Positions 35,627 through 44,876 of a stretch of 47,961 bases of DNA are shown here, piece by piece. The position numbers and the translations under genes were made by a program. Location of the stretch: positions 1 through 47,961 of the forward strand of contig JBCBCF010000001.1 of NCBI GenBank assembly GCA_038530905.1. Reading direction: 5' to 3'. The notes under the pieces were generated by a model that saw nothing but the letters and a program-made list of their open reading frames with translations, was not told the DNA's origin and made no database searches. The stretch is from Acidobacteriota bacterium (GTDB lineage: Bacteria; Acidobacteriota; Thermoanaerobaculia; Multivoradales; J023). How positions within the stretch are numbered: position 1 is the first letter of the stretch; each line of letters starts with the position of its first letter.

Positions 35627-36574
35627 GTGACTGCCCGCCCGCCGATTCTCGACTACGCCGCTCAGCTTGCGGAGCCAACCCGCTGCCGCCTGCTGCGGCT
35701 GCTCGACGCCCACGAGCTGTCGGTGTCCGAGCTCTGCCGCGTGCTGCAGATGCCGCAAAGCACGGTCAGTCGGCATCTTAAGGTGCTCGTCGAGGGCGGC
35801 TGGATCGACGTGCGGCGCGAAGGGACGCGCCACGTCTACCGCCCGGCCGTCGATCTTGACGACGGGGCGCAGCGCCTGTGGCGTCTCGTCCGTGAAGAGA
35901 TCGGGCACGGCGACACGGCGCTGCAGGATCGCCGACGACTCGAGGCGGTGCTGGCGGAGCGGCGCGCACGCAGCCGCGAGTTCTTCTCCTCGAGCGCCGT
36001 CGAATGGGATCGAATGCGCGACGAGCTCTTCGGCAGTCGATTCGATCTCGAGGCTCTTCTCGGTCTGCTCGACCCGACGTGGACGGTCGGTGACCTCGGT
36101 TGCGGCACCGGTCGTGTTGCTGCCGCCCTGGCGCCTCATGTCGGCGGCGTCGTCGCCGTCGACGAGTCGCCCGAAATGTTGACGGCTGCCGCCGCGCGGC
36201 TCGCAGCGCGGGACGATGTCGACCTCCGCCGCGGCGAGCTGGAGGCGCTGCCGATCGACGACGCGAGTCTCGACGCCGCGACGCTCATTCTGACGCTCCA
36301 TCACGCGGCGGATCCGACCGCCGTGCTGGCCGAGGCACGCCGGACGCTGCGCCCCGCCGGGCGCCTGCTTGTCGTCGACATGCAGCCCCACGATCGCGAG
36401 GACTATCGCCGCACCATGGGTCACGTCTGGCTTGGGTTCTCCGCCGACGACCTGCGAGCACACGCCGCCGCCGCTGGTCTTGTCGGCCTGCGGGTGCGGC
36501 CGCTCGCCGCCGACGCGGACGCTCAGGGACCGGCGCTCTTTGTCGCCACAGCCGGAGCGCCGCCACCCTCTTGA
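35627..36574 (+). CDS. sahR: ArsR-family HTH fused to a SAM-dependent-methyltransferase-like domain (SahR-like regulator)
   Basis: ArsR wHTH ([47 protein letters not shown]) followed by the methyltransferase motif [16 protein letters not shown]. It lies directly upstream of ahcY. The symbol is tentative. Confidence 0.75.
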   Translation: MTARPPILDYAAQLAEPTRCRLLRLLDAHELSVSELCRVLQMPQSTVSRHLKVLVEGGWIDVRREGTRHVYRPAVDLDDGAQRLWRLVREEIGHGDTALQDRRRLEAVLAERRARSREFFSSSAVEWDRMRDELFGSRFDLEALLGLLDPTWTVGDLGCGTGRVAAALAPHVGGVVAVDESPEMLTAAAARLAARDDVDLRRGELEALPIDDASLDAATLILTLHHAADPTAVLAEARRTLRPAGRLLVVDMQPHDREDYRRTMGHVWLGFSADDLRAHAAAAGLVGLRVRPLAADADAQGPALFVATAGAPPPS

Positions 36575-36654
36575 CCTGAGGACCCCTTCGATCCTTGCGC
36601 CTGCGACCGGATCGACTCTGATCGGGGGCTCGACCCCCAACCCTTCGTTGCCTG

Positions 36655-36678
36655 TCACGTTTCGATCGATTTCACGTT
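36655..36678. promoter_or_regulatory. TCACGTT-N10-TCACGTT direct repeat enclosing the palindrome TCGATCGA, 36-59 nt upstream of ahcY
   Basis: Read directly: TCACGTT (36655-36661), TCGATCGA (36662-36669), TCACGTT (36672-36678). It is an AT-richer patch and a candidate promoter or operator. Function unknown. Confidence 0.3.
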
Positions 36679-36713
36679 CCGACCGACCGCACCGACTCTC
36701 CAAGGAGATTCCG

Positions 36714-38219
36714 ATGGCTACCACCGCCACGTTGACCGACGCTCATCCCTTCATCGCCTCCCGCGAGGCGGATCGCGTGCCCTTCAAGGTCGCCGATCTG
36801 TCGCTCGCTGACTTCGGCCGGAAAGAGATCCGCCTCGCCGAGCACGAGATGCCTGGCCTGATGGCCTGCCGCGAGAAGTACGGCGCCGACAAGCCGCTCG
36901 CCGGCAAGAAAGTCATGGGCAGCCTGCACATGACCGTCCAGACCGCCGTGCTGATCGAGACCCTCGCCGACCTCGGCGCCGACGTGCGCTGGGTGTCCTG
37001 CAACATCTTCTCGACCCAGGATCACTCCGCCGCGGCGGTCGTCGTCGGCCGCCCGGAGACCGGCGGCACGGTCGACGATCCGAAAGGCATCCCGGTCTTC
37101 GCCTGGAAGGGTGAGACCCTGGAGGAGTATTGGTGGTGCACGAACGAGGCGCTTCTGTGGCCGGACGGCAGCGGCCCGGACCTGCTGGTCGACGACGGCG
37201 GTGACGCAACGCTCCTGCTCCACAAGGGCGTCGAGTTCGAGAAGACCGGCGTCGTGCCGGCGTTCGACGCCGACAACGAGCCCGAGGAGTGGGGCGTCAT
37301 CCTCGATCTGCTGCGTCGCGAGCTGGCGAACGATCCGAAGCGCTGGCATCGCGCCACCGAGACCACACAGGGTGTCTCGGAAGAGACCACGACCGGCGTT
37401 CACCGCCTCTACCAGATGCAGGAAGAGGGCACGCTCCTCTTCCCGGCGATCAACGTCAACGACTCGGTCACCAAGTCGAAGTTCGACAACGTTTACGGCT
37501 GCCGCCATTCGCTGATCGACGGCCTGAACCGCGCCAGCGACGTGATGCTTTCGGGCAAGGTCGCGGTGGTCTGCGGCTACGGTGACGTCGGCAAGGGCTG
37601 CGCGCAAGCTCTCAAAGGCCAGGGCTGCCGCGTGGTGATTACCGAGATCGATCCGATCTGCGCGCTGCAGGCGGCGATGGAGGGCTACCAGGTCGCGACG
37701 CTCGAGGACATGGTCGAGACCGCGGATCTCTTCATCACGACCACCGGCAACTACGACATCGTCACCGCCGACCACATGGCGCGGATGAAGAACAAGGCCA
37801 TCATCGGCAATATCGGCCATTTCGACAACGAGATCGACATGGCCGGCCTGAAGAAGGTCGACGGCATCGAGCACATCAACATCAAGCCGCAGTACGACGA
37901 GTGGGTGTTCCCGAACGGCAAGAGCATCTTGATCCTCGCCGAGGGTCGCCTGCTCAACCTCGGTTGCGCCACCGGCCATCCGAGCTTCGTGATGTCGGCT
38001 TCGTTCACCAATCAGGTGATCGCCCAGATCGAGCTGGCGAAGAACGCTGAGAAGTACGAGAACCGCGTCTACATGCTGCCGAAGCGACTCGACGAGGAAG
38101 TTGCTCGACTCCATCTCGATCACCTCGGCGCCAAGCTGACCCAGCTCTCCGAAGAGCAGGCGAAGTACATCGGCGTGCCGGTCGACGGGCCCTATAAGCC
38201 CGAGCACTATCGCTACTGA
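36714..38219 (+). CDS. ahcY: Adenosylhomocysteinase (S-adenosyl-L-homocysteine hydrolase)
   Basis: [27 protein letters not shown], the NAD motif [41 protein letters not shown] and the C-terminal [14 protein letters not shown] lies upstream of the ATG at 36714. Confidence 0.95.
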   Translation: MATTATLTDAHPFIASREADRVPFKVADLSLADFGRKEIRLAEHEMPGLMACREKYGADKPLAGKKVMGSLHMTVQTAVLIETLADLGADVRWVSCNIFSTQDHSAAAVVVGRPETGGTVDDPKGIPVFAWKGETLEEYWWCTNEALLWPDGSGPDLLVDDGGDATLLLHKGVEFEKTGVVPAFDADNEPEEWGVILDLLRRELANDPKRWHRATETTQGVSEETTTGVHRLYQMQEEGTLLFPAINVNDSVTKSKFDNVYGCRHSLIDGLNRASDVMLSGKVAVVCGYGDVGKGCAQALKGQGCRVVITEIDPICALQAAMEGYQVATLEDMVETADLFITTTGNYDIVTADHMARMKNKAIIGNIGHFDNEIDMAGLKKVDGIEHINIKPQYDEWVFPNGKSILILAEGRLLNLGCATGHPSFVMSASFTNQVIAQIELAKNAEKYENRVYMLPKRLDEEVARLHLDHLGAKLTQLSEEQAKYIGVPVDGPYKPEHYRY

Positions 38220-38258
38220 TCCACGATCGCCTGGATCACTCTCGGTCGTGACCGAACG

Positions 38259-38294
38259 AAACGGCGGGTCCTCCGGGGCCCGCCGTTCTTCGTT
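38259..38294 (+). terminator. Intrinsic terminator candidate downstream of ahcY
   Basis: The GC-rich hairpin AACGGCGGGTCC-loop-GGGCCCGCCGTT (10-12 bp stem) is followed by TCTTCGTT. It starts about 40 nt after the stop codon. Confidence 0.6.
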
Positions 38295-38525
38295 GAGGCC
38301 GACTGTACGGTCCCCGCGGCGCTCACCGCAGTCGCCGACGGAGCGGCACAAGACGAATCACGCCTCGCTTCCGATCGATGGCGAACTCAAGCGACCGCCG
38401 GATCGTCCCGCCGGGTCGTCCCTGCCTGCGGATCGCCCGACCCACGCTGCATCTCGCGTGAGAGCCTCTGAAGTATCCTGAACGACAACAGTGGCCATCC
38501 CGGTCGCTGTCGTTGTCTCGAGTCG

Positions 38526-39233
38526 ATGCCTGAAGACGCTCAGCCCCCTCATGCCGAGGATCCTCTTGCGACGACCGAAGGGGTCGTCTCGAACGAGGAG
38601 ATCGCTCGGATCCTGACGCAGACGGGAGTCGACGCGCCGGTCGACGCGAAGACCGTGACGCAATGGCTGAACGCCTGGAGCGACGGTGCTCCCCAGGCCA
38701 TCGATCGCCTGATTCCGCTCGTCTATCGCGAGCTGCGCATGATCGCCGGCCGAATGATGGCCAGCGAGTCGAGCGTCTCGCTGCAACCGACGTCGCTGGT
38801 TCACGAGGCGTACTTGCGCCTTCTGAACCAAGATCAGGTCAGCTGGGGCGACCGCAGTCATTTCTTCGCGATTGCCGTGCGCATCATGCGCCGCGTGATC
38901 GTCGATCGTGCCCGCGCACGCCGAAGCTGGAAGCGGGGCGGGCGGGAGCAGAAGGTGCCGATCGACGAGGCGTTCGACGCTGCCGAGCATCGGAGCCGCG
39001 AGCTCCTGGCGCTCGATGACGCGCTGGAGGACCTGGAGCGCTCCGATCCACGCCGAGCCGCGATTCTGGAGCTGCGTGTGTTCGGTGGGCTGACGCAGGA
39101 AGAGACCGCCGACATGATGGGGCTCTCCCGACCGACGGTCATCCGCCAATACAAGCTGGCGAAGGCGTGGCTCCACCGGTATCTCCGCTCGGCCGGCGGC
39201 TCCGCGGCACCACCAGCCGAAGACGACCCCTGA
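38526..39233 (+). CDS. ECF-type sigma factor of the TIGR02999 / ECF43-like (Ser/Thr-kinase-associated) type
   Basis: VTQWLNAWSDGAPQAIDRLIPLVYRELRMIAGRMM...SLQPTSLVHEAYLRL...W.DRSHFFAIAVRIMRRVIVDRARARRSWKRGG... plus a sigma4 HTH (LTQEETADMMGLSRPTVIRQYKLAKAWL). Confidence 0.85.
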   Translation: MPEDAQPPHAEDPLATTEGVVSNEEIARILTQTGVDAPVDAKTVTQWLNAWSDGAPQAIDRLIPLVYRELRMIAGRMMASESSVSLQPTSLVHEAYLRLLNQDQVSWGDRSHFFAIAVRIMRRVIVDRARARRSWKRGGREQKVPIDEAFDAAEHRSRELLALDDALEDLERSDPRRAAILELRVFGGLTQEETADMMGLSRPTVIRQYKLAKAWLHRYLRSAGGSAAPPAEDDP

Positions 39234-39294
39234 GCGCGATCAGCGGGCGCCCCGAAGCGCCGCGATGAGTGCGGGCCCCGAGATGTCCGACCGC

Positions 39295-39322
39295 ATCGAC
39301 GCCCGCCCGTGCGGGCGTCGAT
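39295..39322. terminator. Perfect 12-bp-stem hairpin between convergent genes (possible bidirectional terminator)
   Basis: ATCGACGCCCGC-ccgt-GCGGGCGTCGAT was verified by hand. There is no clear U-tract on either side. Confidence 0.45.
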
Positions 39323-39349
39323 CGCCTTCAGCGAAGCGCCGAGCGGGTG

Positions 39350-41050
39350 TCAGCGCGTGATGCTGAGATCGTCGAAGAAGAGGGCGCCTTGCACCGCCTC
39401 CGGCAGGTAGTGCTTGGGGCCGAGATGCACGGTGCGGAGCGCTTTGCCATGGTTCGGCAGGTTAAAAAGTTCCTGCACGACGTTGCCGCCGACCCAAAGA
39501 CGCATCCATCCGTTGTTCATCCCGGGGCCGTCGGAGCGCCCGATCTGGAGCCGCACGACGTGTTCTCCCTCGAGCGGGGTCCACATCAAGCCTCTGACCG
39601 CTCCTTGCCCGTCGTGAAAGCGGAGGCTGCCGCTGACGACTCCATCCACTTCCGCCACGCGGAGCTCGTGATCCATCGAGCCAAAGTAGAGATGCTCGTC
39701 GGACTGCACCGTCAGAATGGTGACCTTGCGCCCCGGCTCGATCCCTAGCAGCGACGTGTCGATCCTCGCCTCGACCGAGAGTTCGCGGACGACGCCGAGC
39801 GGCGGATGGATCTGGTACGACACGAAGGACGGACCGTCGGCGAAGCCGTGCATCGCCAGACTTCGGTGACCGGCGACCGGCGCGGCGGCTTCCACCCCCA
39901 GGCCGTCTCCCCACAGGCCGTCCCAAGCCAAGCCCTGCTGTTCGAAGCCGGTGGCCCGCTGCAGCGGATCGAAGAGCGCCGCGGGATCGAGGCCAGCCAC
40001 AGCAAGATTTCCAACCTCGAGATTGTCGACCACGACTGCCGGTGGCTCGCCACCGGACTCCGGCGGATAGGTCCCGACATGAAGATGTGTCGGCCGTGCA
40101 GCCACCTCCGAGTAGATCGCGACGGGCGTTCGGACGGCGGAGCCTTCCGACCGAAGGAGAGCAGCGAACTGAGCGCCTCGGATCTCCCACGCGAGCCGCA
40201 CTCGAGCCGTCGCTCCTCGCCGGGGCATCGTCGCCGAGCGATACCAACTATCGTCATCGCCACGGACTTCGACAAAAAGCTGCTGGAGGTTCGCCGTGAT
40301 GCCGACGCGAACCTGCGCGAGATCGGCCTCGGCTTCGGCGGGTCCCCACAACATCAGGTAGCCCGCCACGTCGCTCACGGTTCCAGCTGCGAAGATCTGG
40401 GCCGGCGCGATCGCCTCGTCGGGCCTGCCTGGATCGGGTAGGCCCCCGAGGCAGAAGTCGGAATCCCCGTTGTCGACCCCGATGGGCTCGACATGAGGAC
40501 CTGTCAGCGGACCCTGCGTGTCGAGCTCGTCGAGCTCGATGGTCACTCCGGATCCACCTCCCTCGAACGTTGGACCGGCACGGAGGCTGCGTTCGCCCTC
40601 GAGCGCTTGAATGGTCTCCAGCGCGGCTCCAGGCGCCAATGGAACGAGAGGACCGTCCTGACCCTCGAAGTCCAGGTCGATCTCTGGCGCAGCGTCCCGG
40701 CGATTCGCCACTAGGTGGACGGTCGCGAAACTGTCGCCGTCTTGCGATGACAGTCGATAGACGAAGGAATCACTGCCAACGGCCCAGAACTCGTCTCGTG
40801 GGCTGTAGACGAACCGGTCGCCGATCGTTCCGAGGTCGCCATAGACCGGCTCGCTCTCGACGGAGAACAGCGTGTCTGCGTCGACCCCTCGATCGTTGGC
40901 GAGCAGGTCCGAAACCCAGAACTCGCCGGTCGAGGCGGTGAGAACGAGTTGTTTCAGGTCGTCCTGCGCCCTCGGCTGCCTCGAGTCGCTGGCGAAGGCC
41001 GCAGAGGCGAGCATCGACGACAGGACGGTCGACGCGACGAGCGTTCTCAT
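39350..41050 (-). CDS. Secreted protein with a cadherin/VCBS-like Ig domain and a C-terminal LamG/ConA-like domain
   Basis: Signal peptide (MRTLVASTVLSSMLASAAFASD). LLANDRGVDADTLFSVESEPVYGDLG..FVYSPRDEFWAVGSDSFVYRL matches the LLaND...YtP..f.G.DsF.Y pattern. The C-terminal beta-rich region ends FFDDLSI. The ATG at 41050 is chosen over the extension to 41272. Confidence 0.7.
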   Translation of the reverse strand: MRTLVASTVLSSMLASAAFASDSRQPRAQDDLKQLVLTASTGEFWVSDLLANDRGVDADTLFSVESEPVYGDLGTIGDRFVYSPRDEFWAVGSDSFVYRLSSQDGDSFATVHLVANRRDAAPEIDLDFEGQDGPLVPLAPGAALETIQALEGERSLRAGPTFEGGGSGVTIELDELDTQGPLTGPHVEPIGVDNGDSDFCLGGLPDPGRPDEAIAPAQIFAAGTVSDVAGYLMLWGPAEAEADLAQVRVGITANLQQLFVEVRGDDDSWYRSATMPRRGATARVRLAWEIRGAQFAALLRSEGSAVRTPVAIYSEVAARPTHLHVGTYPPESGGEPPAVVVDNLEVGNLAVAGLDPAALFDPLQRATGFEQQGLAWDGLWGDGLGVEAAAPVAGHRSLAMHGFADGPSFVSYQIHPPLGVVRELSVEARIDTSLLGIEPGRKVTILTVQSDEHLYFGSMDHELRVAEVDGVVSGSLRFHDGQGAVRGLMWTPLEGEHVVRLQIGRSDGPGMNNGWMRLWVGGNVVQELFNLPNHGKALRTVHLGPKHYLPEAVQGALFFDDLSITR

Positions 41051-41403
41051 GAAACGAACGCTCGGTGGCCTGGAACGCAGGCGTCGAGATGGAAGGGAAC
41101 GATCTTGCAGGCGAAGCGTTGGGAGACGTAGGCACGGATGAAAGGTCATGATTCTGGATCTCCGGAAGTCGGCGGGTTGTTCCACCGGCGTGCCGAAAGG
41201 CACTCTCAGCGCGGCCCAGCGCCCACCCATGAGGTCGTCGCGGCCGGCGGGAATCTCCCTAGTCTCGCGCAAAACGTCAGGAGATTCGGATCATGAGATC
41301 CTTAGAAAGCATGACGAATCTCTCTGCATCCCCTGACGCTCGAGCCGAGTCCAGAACCATTCTCCATCACTCGACAGAAACGTCCTGACAAATCATCGCC
41401 TTG

Positions 41404-44400
41404 ATGTCACACTCGACGAGATGGTCCAGCCTGGAAGCTCACCTCGAGCGATTGCTCGAGCTGGATCCCGATGCGCGCGAAGAGTTCTTGGCCGGGCTGA
41501 CGCTCGACGATGAGATTCGCCGTGAGCTCCAGGACCTGTTGCGCGCCGCCGAGGACGAGCCGTCGCTCCTGCGCCGGCCGGCCGACGCCGTTCTCGAGTC
41601 GCTGACCGAAGAGCAGAACACGCCGCGAGAGATCGGGCCCTATCGACTGCTCGACTCGTTGGGCACCGGCGGCATGGGGGCGGTCTTTCTCGCCGAACGG
41701 ACCGACGGCGTCTATTCGGCCCGCGTGGCGATCAAGCTGCTCCGCGGTCATTCTTGGAATCCTGAGGCCAAACGACGGTTTCATGCCGAACGCGAAATCC
41801 TGGCCTCGCTCCGACACCCGTCGATCGCGCGTCTGCTCGATGGCGGCACGACCGACGACGGCCAGCCGTTCCTGGTCATGGAGTGGGTAGACGGCCTGCC
41901 GATCGACCGTTGGTGCCGGACGACCGAGGCATCGCTCGAGGAGCGACTCCGACTGGTCATTCAAGTCTGCCGTGCGGTGCAGAGCGCCCATCAGAACCTG
42001 GTCGTGCATCGCGATCTCAAGCCCGCCAATATCCTGGTCGACACCGACGGACGCGCCAGGCTCCTCGACTTCGGCATCGCCAAGCTTCTGGACGCGGAGG
42101 CACTGCCGCATCTGCAGGCGACGCAGACCGGCCTGGCGCCGCTGACGCCTGCCTATGCCAGTCCTGAGCAGGTGCAGGGCGGACCGATCTCGACCGCCAC
42201 CGACGTCTATGCGCTCGGCGTCGTGCTCTACGAGCTGCTGACCGGCCGCAGACCCCACGAGCAGGATCCCGAGCGGCAGGCGGTCGATCTTCTGGTCGCC
42301 ATCCGCGACCTCGACCCACCGCGGCCGTCGACTCGGATCGGACGCCTGCGCGCGTCGAACGATCAGGCAAAAAGTCTAGCGCTGCCGCCCGAGCGCCTGC
42401 AGCGACGCCTGCGAGGCGACCTCGACCACATCGTGATGCAGACGCTCGCCAAGGAGCCGACGCGTCGGTATCCGACGGCCGACCAGCTCGCTCGCGACCT
42501 TGAGCGCTTCCTGGACGGCCGGCCGGTGGAGGCTCGCAAGGCGGGAGCGTGGTACTGGCTCGGCAAGTTCATCGCGCGCCATCGACTCGCCGTGGGAGCC
42601 GCGACCATCGCGGCGTTCCTCGTGCTCGGCAGCCTCGCGGCTCTTCTGCTGCAGCGACAGGAAACGCTCGCGCAGCAGGCCCGGGCGGAGCTGACGACGA
42701 CGTTCTTGGTCGATCAACTTCACGACGCGAGCCCCCTCGCCGACCGCGCACCGCGCACCGTTCGCGAGCTGCTTGACCGCAGCGTCGACCGGCTGAGCGC
42801 GATCGACGCCCCGGCTGTGGTGCGCGCCGACCTCGAGACCGCGATGGGCCGCGCCTACCTCGGCGTCGGCGAGGCAAAACAGGCACACGACCTGCTGATT
42901 GCCTCGCTCGCCGCCCGCCGCCAGCTCGGTGTGCGCGCCGACGTCTTGGAGACCTTGCTGCTGCTCGCTGAGGTCGAGCTGGACCGGGGGGCAGTGGCCT
43001 CCGGGGCGCGGCGGGCGCAGGAGGCTCTCGCGCTCGCCACGCTCAGCGAGCGCCCAAAGGCGCTCGTCACCGCCGGCTATGCCGAATTGCTGCGCGGCCG
43101 ACTGGGCCCCTCCGAAGAGCTGCTCCGAACCGCGGTCGCCAGCCCGACACTGCCGCCCGCCGAGCGCGCCCAGGCGCTTTGGATCCTGGGCATGACCCAA
43201 TCGTCGGCCGGCCGCTACGACGCCGCGGAACACAGCCTGAACGAGGCATTCGAGCGGGCGCAACGAGCGGTCGGGCCGGACCACCCGAGCGTGGCGCGCA
43301 TCTTGACCAGCCTCGGCGTCCTCGAGCGCCTGCGTCTGAAGCCCGACGCCGCCCGCAAGCGCATCGCCGAGGCGGACGCGGTCTACGGTCGCTCGCTGGA
43401 GCGAGATCACCCGGATCGACTCGCCCTCGACATTCACCGCGCCGAGATCGCCTTGCTCGAGAAGGACCACGAGGTTGCCGAGTCCCTGCTGCGCGCCGCC
43501 GCCGCCGCCTTCCGGCGCCAGCCGACGGACGCCCCGCATCCGCGGCTCGCCGAGGCGCTCGACGAGCTCGGCTCTCTGCTCAGTCGCACCGGGCGGCTCC
43601 AAGAATCGCGCGAGCATCTCGAGGAAGCGCTGGCGTTGCGTGAGTCGCTCTATGGCGGAGATCACGCGTCGATCGCCGAGTCTCTCGAGCACCTGGCTCT
43701 GCTCGACGTGCGCGAGGGGCGATCAGCGTCGGCGATCGATCTCTTGGAGCGGGCCGGCGAGATCGTCGCCCGGACTCTCGGCCCCGACCACGTGCGGCGA
43801 GGGGTCTACGCCCGGCATCGCGGGAACGTTCTCTATCGGATGAAGAGGACCGAAGAAGCGCTCGACCAGCTCCTCGAGGCGCGCGACCTCCTGGCTGCGC
43901 ACGACGACCAAGGGGTCGAGGTCGCGCGTCTATCCAACAGCCTCGGCGTCGTGCAGCGCCGACTTGGCCGGCATGCGCAGAGCCGACGCGATCACGAGCG
44001 GGCGATCGCTCTGATCGTCGAGGAGCTCGGCGGAGAGCATGAGCGGATCGGCCTTTACACCATGAATCTCGCGCGCCTCGAGGTCGACGCCGGCCAGCCC
44101 GATCGGGCCTGCACCCTCGCCGACGAAGCGCTCGCGATCTACGACCTCCACGCGCTGGGTCCCGATCACGCCTATCGCGCGCGCCTCGACACCATCCGCG
44201 CGCGATGTCTTGCCGCGCTCGATCGAGTCGATGAGGCGCAGACGCTGCTCGAGGCCCGGCTCGCCCGCCTTGACTCTGGCGCGGCGGGCGATGTCGATCC
44301 GACGATCGAGGCGCTGGCCGCGCTCGTCGACATCATTCGCCAACGTGGACTCGACCCTGGACCCGAAGAGCAGCGCCTCGAACGCCTGCGAGCGGATCGC

Positions 44401-44418
44401 ACCGGACCAGCGTCGTGA
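41404..44418 (+). CDS. Ser/Thr protein kinase with a TM segment and a long C-terminal TPR-repeat region
   Basis: Hanks kinase motifs GTGGMGAVFLA, VAIKLL, HRDLKPANILV, DFGIAK and YASPEQ. TM segment AVGAATIAAFLVLGSLAALLL. It is followed by about 550 aa of TPR-like repeats (..A..L..LG.L....GR..E....). Confidence 0.9.
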   Translation: MSHSTRWSSLEAHLERLLELDPDAREEFLAGLTLDDEIRRELQDLLRAAEDEPSLLRRPADAVLESLTEEQNTPREIGPYRLLDSLGTGGMGAVFLAERTDGVYSARVAIKLLRGHSWNPEAKRRFHAEREILASLRHPSIARLLDGGTTDDGQPFLVMEWVDGLPIDRWCRTTEASLEERLRLVIQVCRAVQSAHQNLVVHRDLKPANILVDTDGRARLLDFGIAKLLDAEALPHLQATQTGLAPLTPAYASPEQVQGGPISTATDVYALGVVLYELLTGRRPHEQDPERQAVDLLVAIRDLDPPRPSTRIGRLRASNDQAKSLALPPERLQRRLRGDLDHIVMQTLAKEPTRRYPTADQLARDLERFLDGRPVEARKAGAWYWLGKFIARHRLAVGAATIAAFLVLGSLAALLLQRQETLAQQARAELTTTFLVDQLHDASPLADRAPRTVRELLDRSVDRLSAIDAPAVVRADLETAMGRAYLGVGEAKQAHDLLIASLAARRQLGVRADVLETLLLLAEVELDRGAVASGARRAQEALALATLSERPKALVTAGYAELLRGRLGPSEELLRTAVASPTLPPAERAQALWILGMTQSSAGRYDAAEHSLNEAFERAQRAVGPDHPSVARILTSLGVLERLRLKPDAARKRIAEADAVYGRSLERDHPDRLALDIHRAEIALLEKDHEVAESLLRAAAAAFRRQPTDAPHPRLAEALDELGSLLSRTGRLQESREHLEEALALRESLYGGDHASIAESLEHLALLDVREGRSASAIDLLERAGEIVARTLGPDHVRRGVYARHRGNVLYRMKRTEEALDQLLEARDLLAAHDDQGVEVARLSNSLGVVQRRLGRHAQSRRDHERAIALIVEELGGEHERIGLYTMNLARLEVDAGQPDRACTLADEALAIYDLHALGPDHAYRARLDTIRARCLAALDRVDEAQTLLEARLARLDSGAAGDVDPTIEALAALVDIIRQRGLDPGPEEQRLERLRADRTGPAS

Positions 44419-44525
44419 GCATTCGGCAGGGAATCCGCGCCAGGCTGTCAAAATCGCGCGCCCTCGTTCGACACCAGGATGACGACGCCGTCCCGGCGAC
44501 GCTCAAGTCCACGAAAGGATCAACG

Positions 44526-44876
44526 ATGGCTCAATTTCTTCTTCTTCTGCCGCATGAACCGACCCGCTACCGCGACGTTCCGCATGACGAGATGATGGCG
44601 ATCATCCAGGACTATGTCGCCTGGGTCGAAGACCAGACCGAGCGCGGTGCCTACGTCGACGGCCATAAACTGGTCGACAGCGCCGGCAAGCTTCTGGTCG
44701 CCGGCGACGACGGCGCGGAGGTCCACGATGGTCCGTTCGCCGAGCTGGCCGAAGTGCTCGGCGGCATGATGGTGATCGAGGCCAAGAGCCTCGACGCGGC
44801 GGTCGACATCGCTCGCGATCACCCGCATCTGCGCCACAACCGTCGCATCGAGATCCGCCAGATCGACGCGATGTGA
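44526..44876 (+). CDS. YCII-related (DGPF) domain protein
   Basis: MAQFLLLLPHEP...DYVAWVEDQTERGAYVDGHKL...VHDGPFAELAEVLGGMMVIEAKSLDAAVDIARDHP contains the characteristic DGPF motif. Confidence 0.85.
   Translation: MAQFLLLLPHEPTRYRDVPHDEMMAIIQDYVAWVEDQTERGAYVDGHKLVDSAGKLLVAGDDGAEVHDGPFAELAEVLGGMMVIEAKSLDAAVDIARDHPHLRHNRRIEIRQIDAM

Noticed and set aside
36575-36713. Possible SAH riboswitch in the 139-nt leader of ahcY
   Set aside because: I could not find the conserved pseudoknotted core I associate with the SAH element. The presence of a SahR-like protein regulator makes a riboswitch less likely. Only a covariance-model scan (Rfam SAH_riboswitch) could settle it. A small GGGGG-CTCGA-CCCCC hairpin (36624-36638) is more likely a weak terminator or stabiliser.
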